Shown: positions 28,702 through 38,248, numbered from the stretch's first letter. The stretch: 39,769 nucleotides of DNA from Kofleriaceae bacterium (GCA_046597055.1 JBKJLC010000274.1:1-39769); one strand, 5' to 3'. The notes: generated from the letters alone by a model not told the origin. Numbers and translations are program-made.

Positions 28702-29477
28702 CGGTCGTGATCCTGCTGCGCCGCGCCCTGGCCCGCCCCGGCCAGAACGAGGAGGACGAGGTGCTCGGGCCCTGCGAGCGCGGCGCGCTGGTCGCCGGGT
28801 TGCGGCTGGCCACGGGCCTGGGCCGCGACGCGATCGCGATCGCGGTGGGGCCGGCCCGCCGCGAGGATCGCGTGCTGGCGATGGCGCTGCGCGCCGGCTG
28901 CGCGCGCGCGGTGCGGCTCGGGGCCGACGGGCTCGACGACCTCGACTACCTCGGCGTGGCCGAGGCCCTGGCCGCCGCGATCCGCAAGGTCGGCTCGGAC
29001 CTGATCCTGTGCGGCGACCGCTCGCTCGACGAGCGGGTCGGGGCGATCGGGCCGGCGGTGGCCGAGCTGCTCGGCTACGCGCACGTGACCGGGGTCGGCT
29101 CGGCCACCGCGGAGGGCAAGGTCGTGCTGTGCGAGCGCCAGGGCGATCGCGATCGCCTGCGCCTCAAGGTCACGCTGCCGGCGGTGCTGTGCATGCGGCC
29201 GCCCCGGATCGGCTCCGAGCGCGATCCCGAGCTGGTCGCGGCCGGCAGCGGCCGGGCCCGGACCTCGCCGCAGGGGATCGACGCGCTCGAGCCCGATGAG
29301 GTCGGCCTCGATCTGCGGCGGCTGGCGTCGCGCAAGGCGATCGCCGGTCGACTGCGCGCGACCCGCGGCGGCCGCCACGCGACCATCCTCGGATCGCCGG
29401 CGGAGCTAATCGAGCGGCTCACCGCCGACCGCCTGCTCGCCGGCGATCGCGGCGGCGGCCGCGAGGGCACGTCGTGA
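28698..29477 (+). CDS. etfB: Electron transfer flavoprotein beta subunit (EtfB/FixA family, divergent)
   Basis: AIAVGP...VLAMALRAGCARAVRL...LAAAIRKVGSDLILCGDRSLD...IGPAVAELLG...VTLPAVL. ATGA overlap with etfA. Confidence 0.82.
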   Translation: MTVVILLRRALARPGQNEEDEVLGPCERGALVAGLRLATGLGRDAIAIAVGPARREDRVLAMALRAGCARAVRLGADGLDDLDYLGVAEALAAAIRKVGSDLILCGDRSLDERVGAIGPAVAELLGYAHVTGVGSATAEGKVVLCERQGDRDRLRLKVTLPAVLCMRPPRIGSERDPELVAAGSGRARTSPQGIDALEPDEVGLDLRRLASRKAIAGRLRATRGGRHATILGSPAELIERLTADRLLAGDRGGGREGTS

Positions 29478-30907
29478 CGGTGACCCCGCTGCGGGCGACC
29501 GCGCGGGCGCTGCCGGTCGCGCTGGCCGGACTCGAGCCGGCCGCCGAGGACGAGGTCGGCGCGTGCCTGGCCGTGCGCGGGCTGCCGCGGCCGTCGGTGA
29601 TCGGCCTCGACGGCATCGCCGCTGCGATCGATGCCGGCGCGGTGATCGGCGCGTGGCTCGATCCCGAGCCGACGACGGTCGCCGGGCTCGCCGCGACCGC
29701 CCGGGCCGCGGCCGTGGCCGGACGGCCGCTGGTCCTGCTGGCGCGGCCGTCGAAGCCGCGCGCGATCGAGACGATCGCGGCGCTCGCCTACCTGCGCGCG
29801 CACGGCGCGGTGCTGGCGCTCGATCCCGACGCGTGGCTCGAGGCCCTGTGCGTCCTGTGGTGGCACGGCCTGCCCGAGGGGCCGCGCACGGCCGTGATCG
29901 CGCCCGAGGGCAGCTGGCTCGCGATCGCCGCGGCCAGCCTCGGCGACGAGGACGGCCGGCGGCCCGCGGTGTCGGCGTCGGGCGAGGCGATGGCGCCAGT
30001 CGACGTCGCGCTGGTGGCAGGCCGGTGCTGGAGCGAGGTCCCGGGCCGCAAGAGCACGTCGGCGATGATGGTGCCGGTGGTCGCGCGCGCCGAGCTCGCC
30101 AGCGATGGGCCGCCCGGCGCGCTGCTCGGCCTGCGCCCGGCGCTGGCCGCGGTGACCGCGGTCGGTCGCGCCGCCGAGCGCATCCGGGCCGGCCTGGGCC
30201 CGGCCGCGCGCACCTCGCGCAGCGAGCTCGAGGTCGACGAGGAGCGCCTCGAGCGGCAGCTCGGCAAGCTGGCGCGGACCGACACCCGCCTCGGCGATCA
30301 CGAGACCAAGGTGCTGCTGTCCGCGTACGGGGTGCCCATCACGCGGCAGGCGGTCGCGACCACGCCGTCAGCGGCGCTGCGCGTGGCCAAGAAGGCCGGC
30401 TTCCCGGTCGACATCAAGCCGTGGGGCCCCGACGTGCAGACCGAGCGCGCCGGCTGCCCGGTCGAGCGCGGGATTGGCACCTCGGCCGAGGTGCGCCGCG
30501 CCTACGCCGCGGTCCTCGCCCACGGCAAGGTGACCTTCGGCCCCGGCGACGAGGGTGCCGTGATCGTGCGCGAGACCCCGCCGCCCGGCCGCGACGTCGC
30601 CGCCATCATCGCGCCCCTCGGTGCGCTCGGCTGGACCGTGGTCGTCGAGGTGCCCGGCCACCCGCCGGTCGCCGCGCCCGCACCGCTGCGGGTCGCCGAT
30701 GCCAGCGCGCTCGCCCAGGTCCTGGTCGCCAGCCGCGCCGGCGAAGGCGAGCCCGACCGGGTTGGCCTCGCCAACATCCTCCGCCGGGCCTCGCACCTCG
30801 CGGTCGAGCACCAGGACCGCATCGCCCGCCTCGAGCTCGCGCGGATCGTCGTCGGCGCCAAGGGCGAGCGCACCCTGGTCGTCGACGCCGTCACCCTGCT
30901 CCGCTAG
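29474..30907 (+). CDS. Acetate--CoA ligase (ADP-forming)/Pat-like protein with a degenerate C-terminal ATP-grasp domain
   Basis: LGDHETKVLLSAYGVPI...AKKAGFPVDIK...EVRRAY...VIVRE...VVDA matches the ATP-grasp_5 layout. GTGA overlap with etfB. Confidence 0.7.
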   Translation: MTVTPLRATARALPVALAGLEPAAEDEVGACLAVRGLPRPSVIGLDGIAAAIDAGAVIGAWLDPEPTTVAGLAATARAAAVAGRPLVLLARPSKPRAIETIAALAYLRAHGAVLALDPDAWLEALCVLWWHGLPEGPRTAVIAPEGSWLAIAAASLGDEDGRRPAVSASGEAMAPVDVALVAGRCWSEVPGRKSTSAMMVPVVARAELASDGPPGALLGLRPALAAVTAVGRAAERIRAGLGPAARTSRSELEVDEERLERQLGKLARTDTRLGDHETKVLLSAYGVPITRQAVATTPSAALRVAKKAGFPVDIKPWGPDVQTERAGCPVERGIGTSAEVRRAYAAVLAHGKVTFGPGDEGAVIVRETPPPGRDVAAIIAPLGALGWTVVVEVPGHPPVAAPAPLRVADASALAQVLVASRAGEGEPDRVGLANILRRASHLAVEHQDRIARLELARIVVGAKGERTLVVDAVTLLR

Positions 30908-30929
30908 CGGGGCCAGCCCCGGGGGCCGG

Positions 30930-32264
30930 TCACCCCCGCAGCCGCTGCAGCAGGCCGTCGCGCTGGTTGAGCGCGGGATCGTCGAGGACGGCGTCCATCG
31001 CGAGCTCGAGCAGGCGGCCGACCTCCCGGCCAGGCGGGATGCCGAGCTCCTGCATGATGATGGCGCCGGTGACGGCGAGGTCGGATGCGGCCAGCGCGTC
31101 GCCGCGGGCGAGGATGGCGCGGGCAAGGCCGGCGACCTCGGCGGCGGCGTCGTCGCTGCCGGCGGTGGCGCGGGCGGCCCAGAGCTGGATGGCGTCGTCG
31201 CCCCGAGCGCGCCCGAGGGTGGCGAGCAGGCGGCGGACCGCGACCTCCTCGAGCGGGACCCGGCCGGCCCAGGCGACCCGGACCAGGCGCACCACCCGGT
31301 CGCGCTCGTCGTTGGCGGCCTTGAGCCGGCGCAGCGCGGCGTCGGCGGTGGACGCGGCCTTGCTGTCGCCCCGGGCCACGACCCTGGGGTCGGTCGCCGT
31401 GGCCCAGGCGCCGTCGCTCAGGCCGCTGAACAGGGCAGCGAGCCGCACGTCGTGGTCGCGGGCGGCGTCGATCCAGGCCCGGCGCAGCGGCCACGCGGCC
31501 GCGGGCCCGGCGACCGCCTCGGCCACGTCCTGGGCGAGCACGCCGGTGCGGCGCGCGATCTCGAGCGCGCCGCCCGGGGCCGGTGCGCCCAGCAGCTTGT
31601 CGAGCTCGATCTTGACCCGCTCGCGCGAGACCTTCGCCAGCGATGGCAGGGCCGCCGGGATCCCGGCCTCGGTGTCGGCGTCGAGCTCGAACTCGAGGGT
31701 CGCCGCGAACCGGATCGCGCGCATCACGCGCAGGCCGTCCTCAGTGAACCGCGCCACCGGATCGCCGACCGCGCGCAGCCGCCGGGCGGCGACGTCGGCG
31801 ACCCCGCCGAACGGATCGTGGAGCACCTCGCCGACCGGGTCCCACGCGATCGCGTTCACGATCAGATCGCGCCGCGCCAGGTCCTCCACCAGCGGCACGC
31901 CGAACACGACCGACTCCGGCCGCCGGCCGTCGTGGTACGCGCCCTCGCCGCGGTAGGTCGTGACCTCGATCGCCTCGCGCGCCTCGCCGCGGCCGACCAG
32001 CACGGTCACGGTCCCGTGGGCCATGCCGGTCGGGATCGTCCGCGGGAACAGCCGGGTCACCTCCTCGGGCCGCGCGCTGCTGGCGACGTCCCAGTCGCCG
32101 GGATCGCGGCCGAGCAGCGCGTCGCGCACCGCGCCGCCCACGGTCACCGCCTCGTGGCCGGCGCGGCGGAGCACCTCGCACACCTCGCGCACCCCGGGCG
32201 GGACGATCGTGCGCAGCCGCGCGATCGCCTGAGCGCTCACCATCTCGAGGTCGGTCACCGTCAC
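30930..32264 (-). CDS. cca: tRNA nucleotidyltransferase (class II CCA-adding/poly(A) polymerase family)
   Basis: VGGAVRDALLG...DWDVAS, EVTTYR, EDLARRDLIVNAIA, RFTEDGLRVMRAIRFA, VSRERVKIELDKLL, LAVTG..IM..LGIPPGREVG. Start is GTG 32264 (overlapping the upstream stop) or ATG 32243. Confidence 0.92.
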   Translation of the reverse strand: MTVTDLEMVSAQAIARLRTIVPPGVREVCEVLRRAGHEAVTVGGAVRDALLGRDPGDWDVASSARPEEVTRLFPRTIPTGMAHGTVTVLVGRGEAREAIEVTTYRGEGAYHDGRRPESVVFGVPLVEDLARRDLIVNAIAWDPVGEVLHDPFGGVADVAARRLRAVGDPVARFTEDGLRVMRAIRFAATLEFELDADTEAGIPAALPSLAKVSRERVKIELDKLLGAPAPGGALEIARRTGVLAQDVAEAVAGPAAAWPLRRAWIDAARDHDVRLAALFSGLSDGAWATATDPRVVARGDSKAASTADAALRRLKAANDERDRVVRLVRVAWAGRVPLEEVAVRRLLATLGRARGDDAIQLWAARATAGSDDAAAEVAGLARAILARGDALAASDLAVTGAIIMQELGIPPGREVGRLLELAMDAVLDDPALNQRDGLLQRLRG

Positions 32265-35200
32265 TCCGTCTGGGCTGCCGCCCGCAGTCGCCCGAAGACC
32301 TCGTCGGCGCGCTCGCGCAGCTTGGCCGCCTCGGCGTTCTCGCCACGTGCGTGGCGGAAGTCGGCGAACGCGCGGAAGGCGCGCGCCAGCTCGATCTCGT
32401 TGCGCATGGTCGACAGCACGTCGATCGAGCGCCGGAACTCGGCCTCGGCCACGGTCCCGTCGCCGCGCGCCGCGGCCACCGCGGCGATCACCCGGTGGGC
32501 GGCGCCGACCTGCACCCGCGCGCCCAGGCCCTCGCCGAGCTGCAGCGCGGCCCGGGCGTCGCGCTCGGCGCTGACCAGATCGCCGCAGGCCAGCTCGGCC
32601 TCGGCCGCCCGCCGGTTGATCTCGACCAGCGACAGCCGGTCGCCGATGATCCGGGCCAGCTCGCGCGCGCGGTCGAGATCGCGGACCGCCTCGGCGGCGC
32701 GCCCGACCGCGGTCTTGTGCTCGCCGGCGCGCGACAGCACCTCGGCCTGCGCCTGCTTGTCGCCGATCTCGCCGGCGATGCGCTGGGCATCGGCGAGCAA
32801 CTCGAGCGCCAGCGGGTGGTTGCCGTCGGCGCCGTAGATCGCCGCCAGGTCGCACAGCGACTGGACGACGCCCGCGAGGTCGTTGATGTCGCGGCGCAGG
32901 TCGAGCGCCTCGCGGAACTGCGTGATCGCGGGCTTGAAGCTGCCCGAGTCGAAGTGGACCCGGCCGATGTTGGCGATCGACAGCGCGATCGAGCGGCGAT
33001 CGCCGAGCTGCTTGCGCAGGGTGAGCGCCTGGCGATGGAAGTCGAGCGCCTGGCCGTAGGCGCCGCGCAGCCAGTGGACCCGGCCCATGTCGTCGAGGCT
33101 CGACGCGATGCCGCGATCGTCCTGCGCCGACGTGAACAGCTCGTTGGCGCGCCGCAGGTGCTGCATCGCCGGGTCGTACTGGCCCTGGCGACGCAGGACC
33201 CGGGCGATGCGGCTGTGGGCGGCGCCGGCCTTGCGCGGGTTGTCGTAGCGCCAGGCGAGGTCCAACATCTCGTCGAACCGCGCCATCGCCAGCGCGGTCT
33301 CGCCCGACAGATCGAGCACGTCGCCGAGGTTGTGCAGCGCGTCGAGGCGGGCCGGGGTGTCGTCGTCGCCGAGCATCGACAGCCCGCGCTCGTACATCGA
33401 GCGCGACTCCTCGTTGGCCCACCGCACCCGCGCGCGATCGGCGCCGAGCAGGTAGCAGCGCGCGGCCTTCTCGAGATCGCCACCGCGCTCGTAGAGCCCG
33501 GTCAGGAACTCGAGCTGCTCCTCGCTCTTGTCGGTGAGCCGGGCCTCGAGCCACTGGGCTGCGGCCAGGTGGTAGCGGGCCGAGCGCGCGGCGTCGATCG
33601 ACTTCACCACCACGTCGCGCTCGAGGTTGTGCTTGAAGATGATCTCGATGTCGCCGGCGACGGTCGAGTCGGTCGGATCGAGCACCAGCAGGTAGTCGCG
33701 CTCGGCCAGCGCGTGGACCAGATCGGTCATGCGCCGGCGCACGGGCTCGCCGTCGCCCCACTCGAGCTCGAGCGCGTCCGACGCTCGGCGCGGGCTGACC
33801 TCGAGCCGCGCCAGCGCGACCACCGCCGACAACCAGAAGACGTTGCCGAACACCGACGCCTTTTCGAGCAGCTCGCGCTCGTCCTGCTCGAGCGCCGCGA
33901 TCCGCGCCTCGATCGCCTCGGCGATGCCGAGCGGCAGCTCGATCGCGAGCGCGGCGGCGAGGTCGAGCTTCCACAGCGGGCCGCTGGTGTCGATCGCGCC
34001 GTTGCGCACGTACAGCCGCACCAGCTGGTCGATGAACTGCGGGTTGCCGCCGGTCATCTCCATCGCGTTCTGGATGAGATCGTCCGCCACCCGCCCGCAC
34101 CGGGCCAGCAGGTTGGTGAACATGACCTCGGCGTCGTCGGGCTCGAGGTTGCGCAGATCGACCCGCTCGTGATCGATCGCGCCGTGCCCCCAGCTCGGCC
34201 AGCGCACCAGCATCTCGGGCCGGGTCGCGACCACGATGACCACCGACGCGCCGGTCAGGCCGCGCGCGAGCTCGGACAGGGTCGCCAGGGTGTCGTCGTC
34301 GGCCCACTGCAGATCGTCGAGCACCAGCACCAGCGGGCCCGCGCTGGCGTCGAGCTCGATCACGCGGCGCAGCACGGTGCGCGCGATCGCGTCGTGGTGG
34401 CGGGTGTCCTCGGCCAGCAGGCGCAGGAACGGCGACGGCGCGAAGTCGAGCCCGAGGTAGCCGCCCAGATAGTGGAGGACCTCGGTGTTGTCGGCGCCGC
34501 CGAGGATCTTGCTGACCTCGGTGCCCACCTGGCGAGCGGGGTCGAAGGCCGGCGGCGCACCCGGCGTCACCGCCAGCGAGAAGCGGTCGCCGAGCAGGCT
34601 GGTCAGCGCGCTCAGCTTCTCGTCGGCGCGGGCCCGGCCGTTGAAGACCCGGACCGGCGGCGCCAGGCTCGTGCACAGCTCGGCGATCAGCCGCGACTTG
34701 CCGGTGCCGCGGTTGCCCACGACGGTGACGAGCTGGGGCGCCTGGAAGTCGATCGCGCGCGCGACCACGTCGCGCAGGACGGCGAGCGCCGGCGCGCGAC
34801 CCACCAGCGTGCTCCGCAGCGAGAGGGCTTGCGACGGGTCGGTCTTGCGCGGCAGCCGTCGCCGGCCGGTGTCGTCGAGCGACAGCGGCGGCGGGGTCGC
34901 GGCCGGCCCCGACGGCGGGATCGCGACCGGGCCCGACGACGGGACCGCGACCGGGCCGGAGGGTGGGCTCGACAGCGGCAGCATGACCGGGCCGGTGTTC
35001 GTCAGCGCCCGCGGCGGGATGGCCGCGGGCGCGGGCACCGGCGGCGGGGCCGCAGCCGCTGCGGGCACCGGCGGCGGGGTCGCAGCCGCTGCGGGCACCG
35101 GCGGCCGCGTCGCAGCCCCCGTGGGCACCGGCGGCGGTGCCGGGAGCGGCGGAGGTACCGTCGGTGCGCGGGGCGGCATGCGCGGCAACGGGACCGCCGC

Positions 35201-35266
35201 CGGCTCGCCGAGCGCGCCCGGAGCCGGGCGGTCTTGATCACCCGGACCACCGGACTGTGAAGCCAC
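32261..35266 (-). CDS. AAA/STAND-type ATPase with C-terminal TPR repeats and Pro-rich N-terminus
   Basis: LVGR, Walker A GNRGTGKSRL, Walker B LVLVLDDLQWAD, GGNPQF, ARIAAL, ASVFG, FKHNL, then about 8 TPRs (LHNLG...ASSLDDMG...ALSIANIG). Confidence 0.88.
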   Translation of the reverse strand: MASQSGGPGDQDRPAPGALGEPAAVPLPRMPPRAPTVPPPLPAPPPVPTGAATRPPVPAAAATPPPVPAAAAAPPPVPAPAAIPPRALTNTGPVMLPLSSPPSGPVAVPSSGPVAIPPSGPAATPPPLSLDDTGRRRLPRKTDPSQALSLRSTLVGRAPALAVLRDVVARAIDFQAPQLVTVVGNRGTGKSRLIAELCTSLAPPVRVFNGRARADEKLSALTSLLGDRFSLAVTPGAPPAFDPARQVGTEVSKILGGADNTEVLHYLGGYLGLDFAPSPFLRLLAEDTRHHDAIARTVLRRVIELDASAGPLVLVLDDLQWADDDTLATLSELARGLTGASVVIVVATRPEMLVRWPSWGHGAIDHERVDLRNLEPDDAEVMFTNLLARCGRVADDLIQNAMEMTGGNPQFIDQLVRLYVRNGAIDTSGPLWKLDLAAALAIELPLGIAEAIEARIAALEQDERELLEKASVFGNVFWLSAVVALARLEVSPRRASDALELEWGDGEPVRRRMTDLVHALAERDYLLVLDPTDSTVAGDIEIIFKHNLERDVVVKSIDAARSARYHLAAAQWLEARLTDKSEEQLEFLTGLYERGGDLEKAARCYLLGADRARVRWANEESRSMYERGLSMLGDDDTPARLDALHNLGDVLDLSGETALAMARFDEMLDLAWRYDNPRKAGAAHSRIARVLRRQGQYDPAMQHLRRANELFTSAQDDRGIASSLDDMGRVHWLRGAYGQALDFHRQALTLRKQLGDRRSIALSIANIGRVHFDSGSFKPAITQFREALDLRRDINDLAGVVQSLCDLAAIYGADGNHPLALELLADAQRIAGEIGDKQAQAEVLSRAGEHKTAVGRAAEAVRDLDRARELARIIGDRLSLVEINRRAAEAELACGDLVSAERDARAALQLGEGLGARVQVGAAHRVIAAVAAARGDGTVAEAEFRRSIDVLSTMRNEIELARAFRAFADFRHARGENAEAAKLRERADEVFGRLRAAAQTE
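35031..35140 (-). repeat. 30-bp coding tandem repeat (PPPVPAAAAT-like) in the AAA-TPR N-terminus
   Basis: Units starting g(c/t)gggcaccggcggc at 35031, 35061, 35091 and 35121. A 24-bp PSSGPVA(V/I)-type repeat lies nearby at about 34890-34975. Confidence 0.85.
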
Positions 35267-35439
35267 CGCAGAAAACGTTACCGGCCGGTGGTGCCGGCCG
35301 CAAGCGCTGGGCGCCGTACGTTGCCGCCGCCAGCAGATGACAACCCGGGCGCCTGCGCGTTAGGCTCATCGAACCCTTGATGCTGCGCATCCGCGCCATC
35401 ACCGCGGTGGCCCTCAGCGAGCGAAGCGAGCGCTTAACA

Positions 35440-35937
35440 ATGACGCTGGGTGTTCGGGGTCCCCGGTCGTACACGAGATCTGCCCGCAACTGCGGCTCCC
35501 ACCGAGCCGCGGTTCCGGGGCTGGCCCGGGCGGTCTCGCTGGCCCTGCTCGCCGGGCTCGCGCTCGCCGGCTGTCCCACGGTCGATCTCGGCGAGGTCCC
35601 GGCCGAGCCCGCGCGCTGTCAGCCGAGCAAGCCCTACTTCGAGGCCGAGATCTGGCCGAAGTATCTCGCCCCGGCCGGCGGCGGCCCCAAGTCCTGCGTC
35701 GCGCAAGCCGGCTGTCACAACGACTCCAACGGCCGGTCGGCGCTGCGCCTCGACACCTCGGTCCCGCCCGACAACGACCGCAACTACCAGGTGGTCACGC
35801 GCTTCCTGCTGTGCAGCACGCCCGAGGAGTCGGTGTTGCTCACCAAGCCGCTGGCCGGCGAGGTCGTGCACGCCGGCGGCGACCTGTTCCAGCTCACGGA
35901 CGCCGAGGCCACGGTGTTCCTGGGATGGTTTCCGTGA
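35440..35937 (+). CDS. Lipoprotein, probable c-type cytochrome with a non-canonical CX5CH heme motif
   Basis: Lipobox LALAGC; YFEAEIWP...SCVAQAGCH...PEESVLLTKPL...HAGG, a planctomycete/myxobacterial cytochrome c-like layout. The start is uncertain. Confidence 0.65.
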   Translation: MTLGVRGPRSYTRSARNCGSHRAAVPGLARAVSLALLAGLALAGCPTVDLGEVPAEPARCQPSKPYFEAEIWPKYLAPAGGGPKSCVAQAGCHNDSNGRSALRLDTSVPPDNDRNYQVVTRFLLCSTPEESVLLTKPLAGEVVHAGGDLFQLTDAEATVFLGWFP

Positions 35938-36722
35938 CCGGCACGACCGGCGGTCGGCTCGCCGCCCTCGGCGCCCCGATCGCCGCGGCGCTGCTGATCA
36001 CCACCGCCCCCGCGACCGCCGAGCCGTTCCTGCGCGTGATCGCGCAAAAGGCGCCGGTGTACAGCGGCCCGGCTGCCAGCTACCGCGAGATCTACGACGC
36101 CGAGCGCGGCGAGGTGTTCGAGGTCGTCGAGCGCGGCACCCGCGGCTACTGGTTCCGGGTCGTGCTCGAGGACGGCACCACCGGCTGGATCTTCGGCGAG
36201 CTGGTGTTCCCGTTCGAGGTCGTCGACGGCGACCGCCCGGGCGCCCTCACCCGGATGGGGCGCGCGATCCGCAAGGCGATCCTGGGCCCGTCGCCGGCGC
36301 CCTACGCCGACATCTCGATCTCGTTCTCGGCCGGCATGCTCGATCGCGAGGGGTTGTTCCTGCTCCGGCCTTCGCTGCTGGTCGACTCGCACTGGGCGCT
36401 CGAGGGCTTCGCCGGGGTGTCGCCGCGCGGCCAGAAAGACGTCTTCCTCGGCGGCCTGGCCTGGACCCTGCGCATGATGCCAGGCGCCGCGGTCGGGCCC
36501 TACGTCTCGGCCGGGCTCGGCGCGGCCCACGTCCGGCCCAAGGTCGACAACTTCATCGACGAGACCGAGACCCTCATGGCGGTCGCCGCCGGCGGCGGCT
36601 TCGAGATCACGTTCAAGAAGCAGATCACGGTGCGCACCGACTACCGCCGCTGGGTCCTGTTCGATCCCGACGCGTCGCAAGGTGGCCACGAGGTCAGCGG
36701 TGGGCTGGCCATCTTCTTCTAG
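35934..36722 (+). CDS. SH3b domain + outer-membrane beta-barrel protein
   Basis: Signal peptide, SH3-like VYSGP...GEVFEV...WFRVVLEDGTTGWI, amphipathic strands, and C-terminal GGLAIFF (aromatic barrel signal). GTGA overlap with the upstream gene. Confidence 0.75.
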   Translation: MTGTTGGRLAALGAPIAAALLITTAPATAEPFLRVIAQKAPVYSGPAASYREIYDAERGEVFEVVERGTRGYWFRVVLEDGTTGWIFGELVFPFEVVDGDRPGALTRMGRAIRKAILGPSPAPYADISISFSAGMLDREGLFLLRPSLLVDSHWALEGFAGVSPRGQKDVFLGGLAWTLRMMPGAAVGPYVSAGLGAAHVRPKVDNFIDETETLMAVAAGGGFEITFKKQITVRTDYRRWVLFDPDASQGGHEVSGGLAIFF

Positions 36723-36731
36723 GAAGCCGAC

Positions 36732-36965
36732 ATGAAGCACCTCGCCCGCCGACCGGTCGCCCCCGCCCTGCTCGCCGCCCTCGCGCTCGTCGCGGGCTGC
36801 GGTCGGCTGGCGGTGCGCCCCAACGAGAAGGAGCACCTCGCGGACCCGGTGATGACCTTCGACGAGGACGGCCAGGAGGCCGCCGCGGACGATCACGTGC
36901 TGTCAAACCGCGAGGGCTCGTCGGGCGGACGCGGCACCCAGGGCGGGGGCTGCGGCTGCAACTGA
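36732..36965 (+). CDS. DUF4266 family lipoprotein
   Basis: Lipobox LVAGC; VRPNEKEHLADPVM...H...REGSSGG.G..GGGCGCN. AGGAAG Shine-Dalgarno upstream. Confidence 0.9.
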   Translation: MKHLARRPVAPALLAALALVAGCGRLAVRPNEKEHLADPVMTFDEDGQEAAADDHVLSNREGSSGGRGTQGGGCGCN

Positions 36966-38248
36966 TGCGCGGCTTCCTTGCCAGCTCGCTCGCGGTCGGC
37001 TGCGCTCTCGTGGCCACGCCGGCGCGCGCCGACGACAAGGTCGATCTGACCACGACCTGGTATCAGGAGAACCGCCAGGGCGGGCTCGGCGGCCTGACCG
37101 TCATCCATCCGCAGCTCGACCTCGGCATCGACGCCGGCGAGCACGTCACGCTCGACGTCGGCTACTCGGCCGACGCCGTGAGCGGCGCCACCGCGACCGT
37201 GTACGCGGTCGACGCGGTCTCGCAGGCGACCACGTTCTCCGACCTGCGCCACGAGGGCCGGCTCGGGATCGGCTTCGTCGGCAAGCGCTCCCAGCTCGGC
37301 TTCAGCGCCTCGGTCGGCCACGAGCGCGACTATCTGTCGCTCGCGGTCGGCGGCGGCGGCTCGGTCGACCTGCCCGGCAAGAACACCAACCTCGCGCTCA
37401 GCTACACCCACAGCTTCGACGAGGTGTGCGACCGCGCCAACGCCGAGCTGACCCCGCTCGAGCGCCGCGCGCTGACCGGCGGCGACCCCTGCAAGAAGAA
37501 CGTGATCTTCGGCGCCGACAGCTTCGTGATGGACCAGCCCACCCTCGGGCTGCTGACCACCTGGCGCGACCTGTCGATCGACACCCTGCAAGGCACGCTG
37601 ACCCAGAACCTGTCGCCGACGACGGTCCTGCAGGTCAGCCTCTACGGTCAGATCCTCGAGGGCTTCCAGTCCAACCCGTACCGCCGGGTCCGCATCGACA
37701 ACAACGAGCCGCAGGAGGCGATCCCCGACACCCGCGCGCGCGGCGCTCTGTCGGTGCGGCTCAACCGGTTCCTGCCGCGCCTGCGCAGCGCGGTGCACCT
37801 CGCGACCCGCGCCTACAGCGACACCTGGGGCGTGAGCTCGGGCACCGTCGAGCTCGCCTACTCGCAATACGTCGGCAGCTCGCTGCTCCTGCGGCTGCGC
37901 GCGCGCGCCTACCAGCAGACCGCCGCGACCTTCTTCAAGGACGCCTTCTTCTACGAGACCGAGTTCACCTCTGGCGCCTACTTCACCGGCGACCGCGAGC
38001 TGGCCCCGGTGCGCAACGCCCTGGTCGGCGCCAAGCTCACCGTCATCTCGGTCGCCGAGGACGACAAGAAGGTCTGGGGCGCGTTCGACAAGCTGAACGT
38101 CAACCTCAAGGCCGACCTGCTCCTGCTCGACGAGCTGGCCGCCGACGATCCGGCCGCCAACGCCGGCGGTCGCGATCGCCAGTTCCTGACCTCGGGCCAG
38201 CTGCTCGACGGCATCAGCCTGCAGGTCGGGATCCTGCTCGATTATTAG
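36965..38248 (+). CDS. DUF3570 family outer-membrane protein
   Basis: TGATG coupling to DUF4266. Signal peptide, DAVSGAT, ERDYLS, GFQSNPYR, E.IPDTR.R, YSDTWGV, YQQTAATFF, DREL, and a terminal Y. Confidence 0.85.
   Translation: MRGFLASSLAVGCALVATPARADDKVDLTTTWYQENRQGGLGGLTVIHPQLDLGIDAGEHVTLDVGYSADAVSGATATVYAVDAVSQATTFSDLRHEGRLGIGFVGKRSQLGFSASVGHERDYLSLAVGGGGSVDLPGKNTNLALSYTHSFDEVCDRANAELTPLERRALTGGDPCKKNVIFGADSFVMDQPTLGLLTTWRDLSIDTLQGTLTQNLSPTTVLQVSLYGQILEGFQSNPYRRVRIDNNEPQEAIPDTRARGALSVRLNRFLPRLRSAVHLATRAYSDTWGVSSGTVELAYSQYVGSSLLLRLRARAYQQTAATFFKDAFFYETEFTSGAYFTGDRELAPVRNALVGAKLTVISVAEDDKKVWGAFDKLNVNLKADLLLLDELAADDPAANAGGRDRQFLTSGQLLDGISLQVGILLDY

Noticed and set aside
35934..36965. Other TGA stops as possible Sec codons (cytochrome, DUF4266)
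   Set aside because: They fall at the expected family C-termini and overlap the next gene's start codon, and there is no homologous-looking continuation past the stop.
30930..38248. Long ORFs 30930..34676 (-), 32351..35260 (+) and 35450..38248 (+)
   Set aside because: These are shadow or extended frames. The real genes are cca from about 32264, the AAA-TPR on the minus strand, and DUF3570 from 36965.
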